A DNA stretch of 64,000 nt from Octopus vulgaris (GCA_951406725.2 OX597833.1:55738001-55802000), one strand, 5' to 3'; shown: positions 26,157 through 42,287, counted from the stretch's first letter. Notes: generated by a model from the letters alone, not told the origin. A program made the numbers and translations.

Positions 26157-26586
26157 TCTCTTTCTAGAAAAGCTATGTTTCCGTTTAATCGTTTTTATCA
26201 AATAAAAGATTGTTCATATTTCATGGCTAGATTTCTATGTTTATTTCGAAATAATAGCAAGCTTCAGGTGATCAATGTTTCAGACTTTCTCAGCCTCCTC
26301 ATCTGGATGAAATGATAATGGAGTCGATTTTCTCTAGAAAGCAGCGTTGTTACCGCGTTTTCGCATTCAATTAGTTTGATACCGCTTCTGTTTCACGTAA
26401 CAGGTTTTTATTCAGCCGATTGCTAATTACAACACTAGTGCTGGTTCAATCACTGTTTTCCTCTATCAGTAGCGACGTATTTTGTTTTGACATGCAATTG
26501 GCATTGAGTACATACACTGACAAAGGCTAACAAGGTAGAAATGCGCACCTAGAGTTGTCACCTACCACTGTTGGATGATTTTCGTC

Positions 26587-26652
26587 AGCTGCTCAAATAG
26601 GTTTTGCTTTTAAACAATGTTTTGTTTAGAAGCAAAACCTATTTGAGCAGCT
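26587..26652. other. 31-bp near-perfect hairpin with a 4-nt loop
   Basis: agctgctcaaataggttttgcttttaaacaa-tgtt-ttgtttagaagcaaaacctatttgagcagct, with one U.G pair. Confidence 0.9.
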
Positions 26653-26931
26653 ATTTGAGACACTATTTCCAAACGAATATTATTTTGATACTATCTTAAT
26701 CTAATACTGTTCCTATTGCGTATAACGGATAAATATTATTGTATTACATAAATGACATAACAGTAGGCGCATGCGTGGCTGCGTGTAAGAAGCTTGCTTC
26801 CCAGCCACATGGTTTCAGGTTCAGTCTCACTGCGTGGCACCTTGGGCAAGTGTCTTCTACTATAGCCTCGGGTCGACCAAAGCCTTGTGAGTGGATTTGG
26901 TAGACGGAAACTAGAAGAAGCATGTCGTGTG

Positions 26932-27001
<70 letters not shown>

Positions 27002-27004
<3 letters not shown>

Positions 27005-27276
27005 AGGCGCGGTCGTAGGATCGTGGTTTCGATTCCCAGACCGGGCGTTGTGAGTGTTTATTGAGCGAAAACACCTAAAAGCTCCACGAGGCTCCGGCAG
27101 GGGAGGGGTGATCCCTGCTGTACACTTTCACCACTCTTTCTCCCACTCTTTCTTCTGTTGGCCCGCTCGCTTAGCCAGCGGGGTGGCGTCATTCGAAGGC
27201 TAAAACAATGCGAACACATTGTGACCAGCGATGTGTAACTACATCTGATAGACTGGTCGTTCACGTGGTCACGTGA
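27002..27276 (+). mobile_element. SINE D with tail type 1, ending ...tcacgtgg tcacgtga(ta)n
   Basis: Head and body shared with the 17484, 35445 and 55160 copies. Confidence 0.85.
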
Positions 27277-27290
27277 TATATATATATATA

Positions 27291-28395
<1,105 letters not shown>

Positions 28396-29167
28396 TGTGT
28401 ATGTATGTATGTATGTATGTATGTATGTATGTATGTATGCGCATGATGTGTGGAGGTGCGTGTGGGGAGTGCGTGTGTGTGGGGGTGCGTGTCTTTGTGT
28501 TTGTCCCCACCACCACTTGACAACCGATATTGGAGTGTTTACGTCCTCATAACTTAGCGGTTCGGCAAAACAGACTGATAGAAGTACTAGGCTTAAAAAT
28601 AAGCCCTAGGGTCGATTTGTTCGACTAAAACCCTTCAAGAGGGGCACCACCATGAAGGGTTTCAAATACCTGAAAAAAGTATAAGAAAAAAAACAATAAT
28701 CGTAAATGCCAAAAACAGAAACAACAGCAACACCAATAATGATAATATGAAAATAATTATTAATAAGCCTTCGAATTCGATCCCAACAAAGCCTCGGATT
28801 TCAACACCCAATCTAACATACTATCTCATAATAGACAGAACCAATGTGCGACCGAAAAACAGAAATTCAGTGTTCTAAATTTAGAGAAATAACCCCGACT
28901 ACGTCCATAGCTGAAGTAAAAGAAATTCAAAAGTAAAAATACGTATCGCGTGAGAAAAATTGGGGCACATTAAACGAAGGCTCTGGTAAAGATTTCCGGA
29001 GGAGCCTTAATTATCTGATAAACTAACTGCATATCAGAGATTGACCCCAGGATATTTGTTATCTTAACCTGGGGGTTAATTCTAAACGACCCCTACTTAC
29101 ACGATAACACACATTCATGGATCTGATAGCAAGCTAGAAAATTCCTCCTTGTTATCTGTCTGTTTGC

Positions 29168-29246
<79 letters not shown>

Positions 29247-29256
29247 CCTATCTGTT

Positions 29257-29311
<55 letters not shown>

Positions 29312-29335
29312 GTACTGTTTCGTGTGTGTGTGTAG

Positions 29336-29366
<31 letters not shown>

Positions 29367-29565
29367 GATAGATAGATAGATAGGTACATATATATACATA
29401 TACACACACATGCATACACACACATGCATGTATGTATGTATATATGTAATGTATGTTTATATGTTTGTATGTATTTATGTATCTTGCTGGGTTGCAGAAA
29501 ACTCGGTGAACTCAAGTGAAACAGTATTAAATTAAAATAGGCCATCTGTGTATCATTCTATATAT

Positions 29566-29642
<77 letters not shown>

Positions 29643-30049
29643 CTGTATATATATACACCGTTAGATAACACGATGCTATGGAATTATCTGAGATACTTGC
29701 TGGGCTATAGAAAATTCTTCAGAATGCTAGTAAATGTTTAATTCAGTGCTTCCTATAGATCTAGACACGAATTTCGTTTCAGCAGGTGACAAGTGGGAGG
29801 CACGGTATTGACAGACCTCAAGAAAGGTGAAATGCGTCTGTCGTTCTCCCGTGTCATTGTAGCGACGACGTTCTTATTATATTTCGATGTATATTGCGTT
29901 TTTAAGAGACGAAATCTTGATAATATTCTGTCCGAGACAATTCCACGGTGTCATGTCTTCTGACGGTGAGTATACACATTATACACAGGTGGCGATACAC
30001 ATACACGCGCATGCATACGCACACAGACACACACACACACATGCAATTA

Positions 30050-30135
30050 CAACGATAACAATAACAATAATAATGATGATAATAATAATAATAATAATAA
30101 TTATAATAATAATGATGATGATGATGATGATAATG

Positions 30136-30218
<83 letters not shown>

Positions 30219-30264
30219 AATAATAATAATAATGAAAATAATAATAATAATAATGATGATAATG

Positions 30265-30307
<43 letters not shown>

Positions 30308-30330
30308 TGATGATGATGATGATGATGATG

Positions 30331-30388
<58 letters not shown>

Positions 30389-30403
30389 CAACAACAACAA
30401 CAA
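30050..30403. repeat. Compound (AAT/GAT/AAC)n microsatellite
   Basis: Direct reading. Confidence 0.95.
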
Positions 30404-30850
30404 CAGCAAATATTCTGCTCAATACCACAGATTTGCTTGTCAGTTGTTTGACCTTAACCAGTTGAGTAATGTCTCTTCGTGGCTGGCGATATGTGCATCA
30501 CGAGCAGAAGTAGTGGGGGAGCATCATAGCCATTTGTTGAGAGGAATTCTTTGGGGGTTTGGATAATTCACCTCTGGAAACATGGGTGTTTTGTTCAACA
30601 TCCGTTAAGAACCCTTAATCAGGGACCTGTTGAAAGGGATGGGCTACTCGACTTGAAGCAAATTCTAACTGGGCTCCATCTGCAAGGTCATGTGCTGTTT
30701 TTCTTGATATGAGGTCACAATGTCGCGCACATATGGGTGTGATGCATGTGCCTAGTGTACCGTTATCAGACGGGTAGTCATGATGGGTATATTGGGCTTC
30801 GTATATTTTACCCCAGTGTCACTTTGATGGCAGGCACTGCTCTCTCACTC

Positions 30851-30852
<2 letters not shown>
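30404..30852 (+). mobile_element. Family C retroposon, 5'-truncated
   Basis: Starts at acagcaaatatt, fused to (aac)n. The 3' end cactc(aat)n is intact. Confidence 0.85.
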
Positions 30853-30904
<52 letters not shown>

Positions 30905-31053
30905 CCATCATATGCCCGCTGAACGGCGAGAATCAAAATGATGACGTGCATATTTATTCTTAATACATTGCAGCAGATTCTAACGTGAAGATGCTAATCG
31001 CTGCCGTGTTTCGCCACGGGACAACAACTTTTCGTTTACGAATAATGAGGTCC

Positions 31054-31465
31054 GGGTTAGGGTTAGGGTAAGTATTAAAGTTAGCATAATAGTTAGTATT
31101 AAAGGTGGTGAGCTGGCAGAAACGTTAGCACGCCGGACGAAATGCTTAGCGGTATTTCGTCTGTCTTTACGTTCTGAGTTCAAATTCCACCGAGGTCGAC
31201 TTTGTTTTTCATCCTTTCGGGGTCGATAAATTAAGTACCAGTTGCATACTGGAGTCGATCAAATCGGGTGGTCCCACCCACTCCCCAAAAATTTCGGGCC
31301 TTCTGCCTAGAATAGAAAAGAGTATTAGAGTTAGGGCTCCGGTTTGGATTAGGCCTAGGGTTAGAGCTATGTTTGGCGTTAGCATTAGGCTTTGGTTCAG
31401 GGTTAAGAAGGTTAGGGCAAGGGTTAGGGTTAGGAATAGGGTTAGGAGTAGATTTATAGCTAGTG
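31054..31465 (+). repeat. Degenerate (TTAGGG)n-like tract interrupted by a SINE A (31103-31320, alternative tail)
   Basis: gggttagggttaggg at 31054 and gggttagggttagg near 31420, with variant hexamers between. Confidence 0.7.
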
Positions 31466-31689
31466 ACTGTGTTAGACTAAATAGCAAAGAAAAAATAATG
31501 AACGAAGGGAATATCTCTGTGCGGTCGCTCGACCTGGTAAAAATAATAGCTAATTTTTAGATTAAACCTCGTCCTCTTGAGCAAGAGGGAACTCACTGGA
31601 TAATGTAGTTCTGGGCATTCTTGAAGAAGACGGGATGGGCTAAATATCAACAACAGCAACAATAAAAGATTAGCAAAATACCATTACTT

Positions 31690-31917
31690 ATTTATTTATT
31701 GCCCACAAGGGGCTAAACATAGAGAGGACAAACAAGGACAGACAAAGGGATAAAGTCGATTACATCGACCCCAGTGCGTAACTGGTACTTAATTTATCGA
31801 CCCCGAAAGGATGAAAGGCAAATTCGACGTCGGCGGAATTTGAACTCAGAACGTAAAGACAGACGAAATGCCTCTAAGCATTTCGCCCGGCGTGCTAACG
31901 TTTCTGCCAGTTCGCGG
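31690..31917 (-). mobile_element. SINE A monomer
   Basis: Matches the family consensus. Confidence 0.9.
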
Positions 31918-32034
31918 CCTTGATGATGGCTATTTATTATTATTATTATTAATACCATTACTACACTACCATCATCACTTCACCGCCGTCGCTTTCCCTG
32001 TGAGTACTAGACAAATGATTTATTTCGCTTCTCC

Positions 32035-33007
<973 letters not shown>

Positions 33008-33710
33008 CTCTCACGAAAACAGAGCACTATTACCAATGTCTCCAATGATGAACAAATTAACAAACACAATTCCCATCACCGCCAACACCAACACCAACGC
33101 CATGACCACCACCTCCGCGGAGCCAACTTTCCTGACCCAGTTTTTTTTTTGTTTTACTCATTAAGTTAAAAAAAAAAACAGAGTTTGTAAAAGAGGTGAA
33201 TCATACTTTAAAAACAGAGAGGTACCTTTTCCACCCCAGTTCTCACCTTATCTCTAAAGATTTGTAGTTCAGTGACATGTGTGGAGCTTTTAAGACTTCA
33301 AGGAAGAGAAAGTCGATAAGATCTCTCTCTCTCTCTCTCCCTCTCTGTCTCTCTCCTTCTTTCTCGCCATCTCTTTCCCCCCTTTCTCTCTCTCCCACTC
33401 TCTCTTTAGGTTCTATGTACCTATTAGTGTGTGCGTATTTATGCATTGTTGTGTGTATATACATGTTTGTATTCATGTATGTATGTATGTATGTATGTAT
33501 GTATGTATGTATGTATGTATGTATGTATGTATGTATGTATGTATGTATGTATGTATGTGTGTATGTATGTATGTTATGTATGTATATATGTATGTATGTA
33601 TGTATGTATGCATGCATGTATATATATATGTATGTATGTATGTATGCATGTATGTATGTATGTATGTATGTATATATGTATGTAAGTATGTATGCACGTT
33701 TGTGTGCTTG

Positions 33711-33744
<34 letters not shown>

Positions 33745-34261
33745 TGTATGTATGTATGTATGTGTATATGTATGTAAGTATATATGTATGTACGTACGTA
33801 TGTATGTATGTATGTATGTATGTATGTATGTATGTATGTATGTACGTAAGTACGTACGATATATACGCTTGTATATCCTAGTTATATTTTTGAGATTTCT
33901 CATCAACAGATAAAAAAAAAAAACGGCCAAGAACAAAGCCCTTTCATTTTACTTCAAACAACATCAGCCATGTATGTATATCTATTTCCAAGAGAAAACT
34001 TAGTCAAGATCTTTCTGGAATTCGAGCCAATCAACATTAAAGTAACAAGGAATATTTTGTATTTGAATCAAGACAATTCTAAGAATTTGTAAATATATGA
34101 ATTCTTACACGTGAATGTATGCACCTATGTAGGAGTATGTGAGGATATACTCTTACTCACGTAACGGAGTGCATGTCTCTTTATGTTAATTCAAGGAAAC
34201 TTAAGTGGAGATTCTTTAGAATGTTTAACGATCCTTCAGTGTATCACTAATCGATTAGATT

Positions 34262-34851
34262 TGGCAGAAACGTTAGCACGCCGGGCGAAATGCTAAGCGG
34301 TATTTCGTCTGCCGCTACGTTGTGAGTTCAAATTCCGCCGAGGTCGACTTTGCCTTTCATCCTTTCGGGGTCGATAAATTAAAGTACCAGTTACGCACTG
34401 GGGTCGATGTAATCGACTTAATGCGTATGTCTGTCCTTGTTTGTCCTCTCTGTGTTTAGCCCCTTGTGGGTAGTAAAGAAATAGGTATTTCGTCTGCCAC
34501 TACGTTCTGAGTTCAAATTCCTCCGAGGTCGACTTTGCCTTTCATCCTTTCGGGGTCGATTAAATAAGTACCAGTTACGCACTGGGGTCGATGTAATCGA
34601 CTTAATCCGTTTGTCTGTCCTTGTTTGTCCTCTCTGTGTTTAGCCCCTTGTGGGTAGTAAAGAAATAGGTATTTCGTCTGCCGCTACGTTCTGCGTTCAA
34701 ATTCCGCCGAGGTCGACTTTGCCTTTCATCCTTTCGGGGTCGATTAAGTATGTACCAGTTACGCACTGGGGTCGATATAATCGACTTAATCCGTTTGTCT
34801 GTCCTTGTTTGTCCTCTCTGTGTTTAGCCCCTTGTGGGTAGTAAAGAAATA
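34262..34851 (+). mobile_element. SINE A trimer
   Basis: Junctions at 34483/34484 and 34667/34668 (184-bp period). One TSD, tagatttgg, encloses the whole array. Confidence 0.9.
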
Positions 34852-35362
34852 GATTTGGATGACGCATGCCAGTTTGCTTTGTTCTTTATTGAAAACTCCT
34901 AAAGTTTTAAGGCTTTTAAGTAAATATGTCATTACACAGACCTGTGTGCCTATGATAAGAGCTACACATGAAAATCTGATCTTAATGCAAGTGCTGTAAA
35001 CTCTGCAATAGTTTACTATAGATTATAATCTATAGTAAATTAATGCATAACTATAATTATAATTAGACTAATAACATCTGTAGTTATTATATTCATTTGT
35101 CCTCTTTTGCATATTAGAGAATGTATAGAACTAATTTGTGATTTTTTTTTACTTTTGAAAAAATTTTTTTCTGATATTTAATGTGAGTACTTTTTAGATT
35201 GAAAGGTAAATGACTGAATAACAGTATGAGATGAATGGGCGGATTTTTAAAGTTATACATACATACATACATATACATAATATACATATACATACATACA
35301 TATATACATACATACATACATACATACACATACATACATACATACATACATACATACATACA

Positions 35363-35444
<82 letters not shown>

Positions 35445-35448
<4 letters not shown>

Positions 35449-35606
35449 CCAGTGGTTAGGGCAGCGGACTCGCGGTTGTAGGATCGCGGTTTCGATTCCC
35501 AGACCGGGGGTTGTGAGTGTTTATTGAGCGAAAACGCCTAAAGCTCCACGAGGCTCCAGCAGGGTGGGTGGCGATCCCTGCTGCACTCTTTCACCACAAC
35601 TTTCTC
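35445..35606 (+). mobile_element. SINE D fragment in (TA)n
   Basis: Head and body match family D. Confidence 0.85.
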
Positions 35607-35665
35607 ATATATATATATATGTATGTATGTATATATGTATGTATGTATATATATATATGTATACA

Positions 35666-35720
<55 letters not shown>

Positions 35721-36299
35721 AATATATATATATAATATGTCATATTTTCCCTGACATGGTCTCTTAGACAACTCACTCGCGTATACATGTATATAATATA
35801 TATATACATGTATGTATATATATATATATAGTTATATATATATATATCTTCTCCTCTCACGTGACCGCCGGTCAACTAGCCTTTCGGCTTCTGACCAGCG
35901 CCACGACAACATCGTTTTCTACGTCTGCCGTAAAGGCATTTTTTCCAAATACGCCAGCTAAGCTAAGTTGAACTGTCTAAAGTCGTAAGACACCCGCTGT
36001 TTTTGTCCTGTTATTACTATTATTGTTTTTTGTATTTATATTCGTGTGGCATCGTCCGTTTTTCTGTCCTTGTTTCGTATACATTCGATCCTTTTTCCAA
36101 GAAATCCAATGCCCGTAGCTTAGTTTTTCCTCGGGGCTGGCTTGATCGGAGCGATCTCATGATTAATCAGCCGAAATTGCGAGGATGATCCAGTTCTTGA
36201 CTGAAGATTAGAGGATTCGAATGACCCGTCCGTTTCTTGTGTCGTCTCTTTGAGTGTTTTGCTTTCTTGTCCCATTTCGTATTTTTATATATATTTTTT

Positions 36300-36373
<74 letters not shown>

Positions 36374-36381
36374 ATATATAT

Positions 36382-36798
36382 ACTCTACTCTTTACTCTTT
36401 TACTCTTTTACTTGTTTCAGTCATTTGACTGCGGCCATGCTGGAGCACCGCCTTTAGTCGAGCAAATCGACCCTAGGATTTATTCTTTGTAAGCCCAGTA
36501 CTTATTCTATCGGTCACTTTTGCCGAACCGCTGAGTGACAGGGACGTAAACACACCAGCATCGGTTGTCAAGCAATGCTAGGGGGACAAACACAGACACA
36601 CAAACATATACACACACATATACATATATATACATATATATACGACAGGTTTCTTTCAGTTTCCGTCTACCAAATCCACTTACAAGGCATTGGTCGGCCC
36701 GGGGCTATAGCAGAAGACACTTGTCCAAGATGCCACACAGTGGGACTGAACCCGGAACCATGTGGTTGGTTAGCAAGCTACTTACCACACAGCCACTC
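36382..36798 (-). mobile_element. SINE B, near full length
   Basis: Matches the family consensus. Confidence 0.9.
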
Positions 36799-37076
36799 AT
36801 ATATATATATGCATACATATATACATAGATATGTATGTATATATGTATACATATATACATAGATATGTATGTATGTATGCATTATGCATGAATTTATATA
36901 CAACGGCCTTCCACACAAGACATTAGTGATCTGGGCATATAGTAGAAATCACTTGCCCAATGTGACGCGTTGTGGAACTGAACCCGAGACCACTTGACTG
37001 CAAAGCGAACCCGGAATAGATAGATAGATAAATAGATTAATAGATAGATAGACAGATAGGCAGATTGTGTGAATGT

Positions 37077-37171
<95 letters not shown>

Positions 37172-37178
37172 AGAGAGT

Positions 37179-37224
<46 letters not shown>

Positions 37225-37837
37225 AAGAGACTGAGAGGTATGAAATAGCCAGATCATAGTTATTCATTAAGCAGACTACGTTCTCAGTACATACTTTAAA
37301 GTCGTTAGCGAAGAGTGTGTTTTAGATTGGTATTTCTGAATTCAGTAGAACCGATCATATAACTCTGCAGCAGATTTCCTCAGTTATAAAAGATGAGCAG
37401 CTTTATTTGCTGCCAGGATGAACAGCGAACGTCATCAAAGTACAAACATTCCTGCTCTGAGACAAGCCAGAAATATTTACCTGTAAACCATACACGAAGC
37501 AGCCTATGAATAAATATGTGAAGTAATGTTAGTAACAGCCACTAGCTTAACGTTTGCAGATATAACCTGATCCAAACATATATGTACACGGACTTGAGTG
37601 TGCAAACAAACAAGTAGCAAACTGCAACAAATAAATTTCTCCCAGCCGTGCATATACAGCAGGTAGCAGAGAGCTTCACGGAAAAAAAAACCCCAAAAAA
37701 ACCCCAAAAACACAGATTATAACGTTAACGTTGACGAGCTAATGAGAAAGCCTCTACATGGTCGTTCAACCTGTTAGAAATAGCTACGTACAAATACTTC
37801 AAATCACACTTTCTAATTTCTTAAGAAAATGAAACGT

Positions 37838-38433
37838 ATTCCTTTACTACTACCCACAAGGGGCTAAACACAGAGGGGACAAACAAGAACAGACAAAAGG
37901 ATTAAGTCGATTATATCGACCCCAGTGCGTAACTGGTACTTAGTTTATCGATCTTCGAAAGGATGAAAGGCAAAGTCGACCTCGGCGGAATTTGAACTCA
38001 GAACGTAGCGGCAGACGAAATACCTATTTCTTTACTACTACCCACAAGGGGCTAAACACAGAGGGGACAAACAAGAACAGACAAACGGATTAAGTCGACT
38101 ATATCGACCCCAGTGCGTAACTGGTACTTAGTTTATCGACCCCGAAAGGATGAAAGGCAAAGTTGACCTCGGCGGAATTTGAACTCAGAACATAAAGACA
38201 GACGAAATATCTATTTCTTTACTATCCACAAGGGGCTAAACACAGAAGGGACAAACAAGAACAGACAAACGGATTAAGTCGATTATATCGACCCCAGTGC
38301 TTAACTGGTACTTAGTTTATCGATCTTCGAAAGGATGAAAGGCAAAGTCGACCTCGGCGGAATTTGAACTCAGAACGTAGCGGCAGACGAAATGCCGCAA
38401 AGCATTATCGCCCGGCGTGCTAACGATTCTGCC
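37838..38433 (-). mobile_element. SINE A trimer
   Basis: Three units; only the rightmost carries the head. Confidence 0.9.
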
Positions 38434-38570
38434 AAACGGCACGCTTGAGAATATAGCTCTAGTAACCGTCCAAAGTCGAGATGGTCATGATTATAGCTCT
38501 CCCCAATTACGGTTGATCTGGAACTAAAGAACAACAACGATGATCTCGACATGGATGAAGATGACATAAT

Positions 38571-38601
<31 letters not shown>

Positions 38602-38609
38602 ATGTATGT

Positions 38610-38665
<56 letters not shown>

Positions 38666-38667
<2 letters not shown>

Positions 38668-38881
38668 TCTCTTTTATTCTCTTTTACATGTTTCAGTTAT
38701 TTGACTGTGGCCATGCTGGAGCACAGCCTTTAGTCGAGCAAATCGACTCCGGGACTTATTCTTTATAAGCTTAGTACTTATTCTATTGGTCTCTTTTGCC
38801 GAACCGCTAAGTGACGGGGATGCAAACACACCAGCATCGGTTGGCAAGCAATGCTAGGGGGACAAACACACACACACAAAC

Positions 38882-38954
<73 letters not shown>

Positions 38955-39010
38955 CCATATATACGACAGGCTTCTTTCAGTTTCCGTCTACCAAATCCAT
39001 TCACAAGGCT
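38666..39010 (-). mobile_element. SINE B (partial)
   Basis: Matches the family consensus. Confidence 0.85.
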
Positions 39011-39142
39011 TTATCAACCAAATACAGATACTGTCTGTGCGACAGGCCTCATCTTCATCTTCTCATTTTCACTCACAAGGTTTGGATCAACGTGAGATTA
39101 AACAGAAGGTACCGGTCCAAAATGCCACTCGGTAACATTGAA

Positions 39143-39372
39143 GGCGGCGAGCTGGCAGAAACGTTAGCACGCTGGGCGAAATGCTTAGCGGTATTTCGTC
39201 TGCGTTACGTTGTGAGTTCAAATTCCGCCGAGGTCGACTTTGCCTTTCATCCTTTCGGGGTCGATAAATTAAGTACCAGTTACGCACTGGGGTCGATATA
39301 ATCGACTTAATACCTATGTCTGTCCTTGTTTGTCCGCTCTGTGTTTAGCCCCTTGTGGGTAGAAAAGAAATA
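39143..39372 (+). mobile_element. SINE A monomer
   Basis: 12-bp TSD ggtaacattgaa. Confidence 0.9.
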
Positions 39373-39708
39373 GGTAACATTGAACCTGTAACCACACGAC
39401 TGCGAAGATAACTTCTTCAACACAGCTATTCCTACATTTATTCATATATGGCTGGTTGTTGACAAATTTTCCCGCTTTGTAAGGGTAATTTATCCAATAA
39501 TCCTGCTATACTAACGGCAACTTTGCGTTCGAAAAAGATATCATTTTATTTCTATGTACAATAAACATTTTCAACGGTTCTAATAAAAGAAGAAATATTT
39601 GTCTGTGTATTTGTTCCATAAATCTAGAGTATTTAGCGTCTAAATTCGGTGGTGAATTTGTCAGCGGGCAGTTTAGCTTTATATAGATAGATAGATTAAA
39701 TAGATAAC

Positions 39709-40121
39709 TTTCTTTTATTGGCCACACAGGGCTGAATACAGAGGGGACAAATACAAATGTAGAGCTTTTCTTTTCGAGGGTGGAAAAGAAAAAGGAAAAT
39801 AAATGTAAGATTCCGATCAAAAGGGATCGAGAGCAAAAAAAAAAAGGAAAGAAAAAAAAAGGAAAGAAATCGTGTATCAACAGAAACACTTTAAAAAAAA
39901 AACATTGATAAAACAAGATTGGGTTCATCCGTGGGAAGAAAAGCTTACAGAAAAGACCACGGGAACCTCAGTCAGGGAGGAAATAACCACATGAGAGCAA
40001 AATGCTCTCTCTCTCTCTTTTTTACGATTTACAGGGTCATGCTCAAAATGGTTTCGTCACTCGCACGCACCATCTTTGCTACATTCACCCATCTTTTTCT
40101 TGCATCTTTCGCGAGACAAAA
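39709..40121 (-). mobile_element. L1/Tx1-like LINE 3' fragment (ORF2 end plus 3' UTR) inside (GATA)n
   Basis: ORF end ...KRWVNVAKMVRASDETILSMTL* (stop at 40029). Tail ttgtcccctctgtattcagccctgtgtggccaataaaagaaa. GATA repeats on both sides. Clade assignment is from memory. Confidence 0.65.
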
Positions 40122-40142
40122 ATAGATAAATAGATAGATAGG

Positions 40143-40222
<80 letters not shown>

Positions 40223-40260
40223 AGCACACACTCAGGCACGCACATATATTATACACAGAA

Positions 40261-40304
<44 letters not shown>

Positions 40305-40749
40305 ATATACAAATGAAGCGAGGCGATAAGTCTTTTTCAGAACACCAATCCAATTCTTATTGTGTCACCGGGTTTACTGCGCCTCAACAGATGAATCCAG
40401 TTAGCTGTAAATAGCTAGGTGCAGGGTGGAGAGTAATTCCTAGAAGTCTGCAGATGAGAATTCAAATAAATTACTATAGTCAGGTAGCCGTGAGGAATGG
40501 GAAAATCCAGTCGTTTGAACGCTTGACTTTTCCTGGGGAGAGAGAAGCAGGGAGGAGAGGGATAGGGGGAGAGAGAGAAGTGAAGTCAACTGCGCCACTG
40601 TTACGTAATGAAATTTATCTCTGTGTGGCTATACAGATTGGATGAAGACTGACTTTACCACGCAGATAGGTCTTCAGTAGCCTTCACGAATCAGTAGTAT
40701 ACGTGACTAACATCATACACTACTATGCACGTAGGAAGGAATGTGTGCG

Positions 40750-41250
<501 letters not shown>

Positions 41251-41632
41251 ACATTGTTTACGTCACAGGAATTTGGAAACTTGGGGAAACATGAAATAAA
41301 TCGTTATTAACGGTGGAATTTGAAATAGATAAAGTTATAAATAACACCGTGCAAATAGTGGTTCAAAGTCCACCTTGGATGAAAAAAAGACAACTTTTAT
41401 CCAGCAAAGTGGGGTTATTAACCCAATATATATCTAAGCTATTTTAAAATGGTCATCGACCGACCCAACTTTCTGAGTTCAAATTCTGCCGTGGTCGACT
41501 TTGCTTTTCATCCTTTCGGGGACGATGAAATAAGTATCATTTGAGCAACAGAGTCAATATAATGGCTTAGCCTCCTCCCTGCAAAATGTTAAGCCCTGTG
41601 GTGTAGTAGAAAGGGTGGCTGCCTGGTAAGAA

Positions 41633-41858
41633 GCGAGCTGGCAGAAACGTTAGCATGCCGGGCGAAATGCTTAGCGGTATTTCGTCTGCCGCTACGTTCT
41701 GAGTTCAAATTCCGCCGAGGTCGACTTTGCCTTTCATCATTTCGGGGTCGATAAATTAAGTACCAGTTACGCACTGGGGTCGATGTAATCGACTTAATAC
41801 CTATGTCTGTCCTTGTTTGTCCCCTCTGTGTTTAGCCCCTTGTGGGCAATAAAGAAAT
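41633..41858 (+). mobile_element. SINE A monomer inserted in a SINE B head
   Basis: Flanking repeat taagaagc. SINE B resumes at ~41865. Confidence 0.85.
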
Positions 41859-42287
41859 AAGAAGCTCGCTCTTCCCAACTACATGGTTCCGGGTTCAATC
41901 TGACAGCGTTGTACCTTGGGCAAGTATCTTCTACTATAGTCTCGGGCCGACCAAACCCTTGTGAGTAGATTTGGTTGACAGAAACTGAAAGAAACATGTT
42001 GTATAATGTTATATACGTATATATAGATAGACAGACATTAACACACAGAAACACACACTCACATACACCCACATACACATACTTACACAAGCTCGCATTA
42101 GTTGTGTGTACGGATTTTGTCAGAAAAACCTTTTGTACGTATGTAGATCAGAGAGTAAAGTTTAAAATCACAATTATCATATTTAATTTGAATTACATTC
42201 ATACACTGTGTATGTGTGTATATATGTGTGCGTGCGCAAGTGAATCTAAGCATGTATGCATGTATGCATGTATGTACGTAAGTGTCT

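Noticed and set aside
34262-34851. Regular repeats suggesting a CRISPR array
   Set aside because: The units are 184 bp with no unique spacers, there are no cas genes, and the context is eukaryotic.
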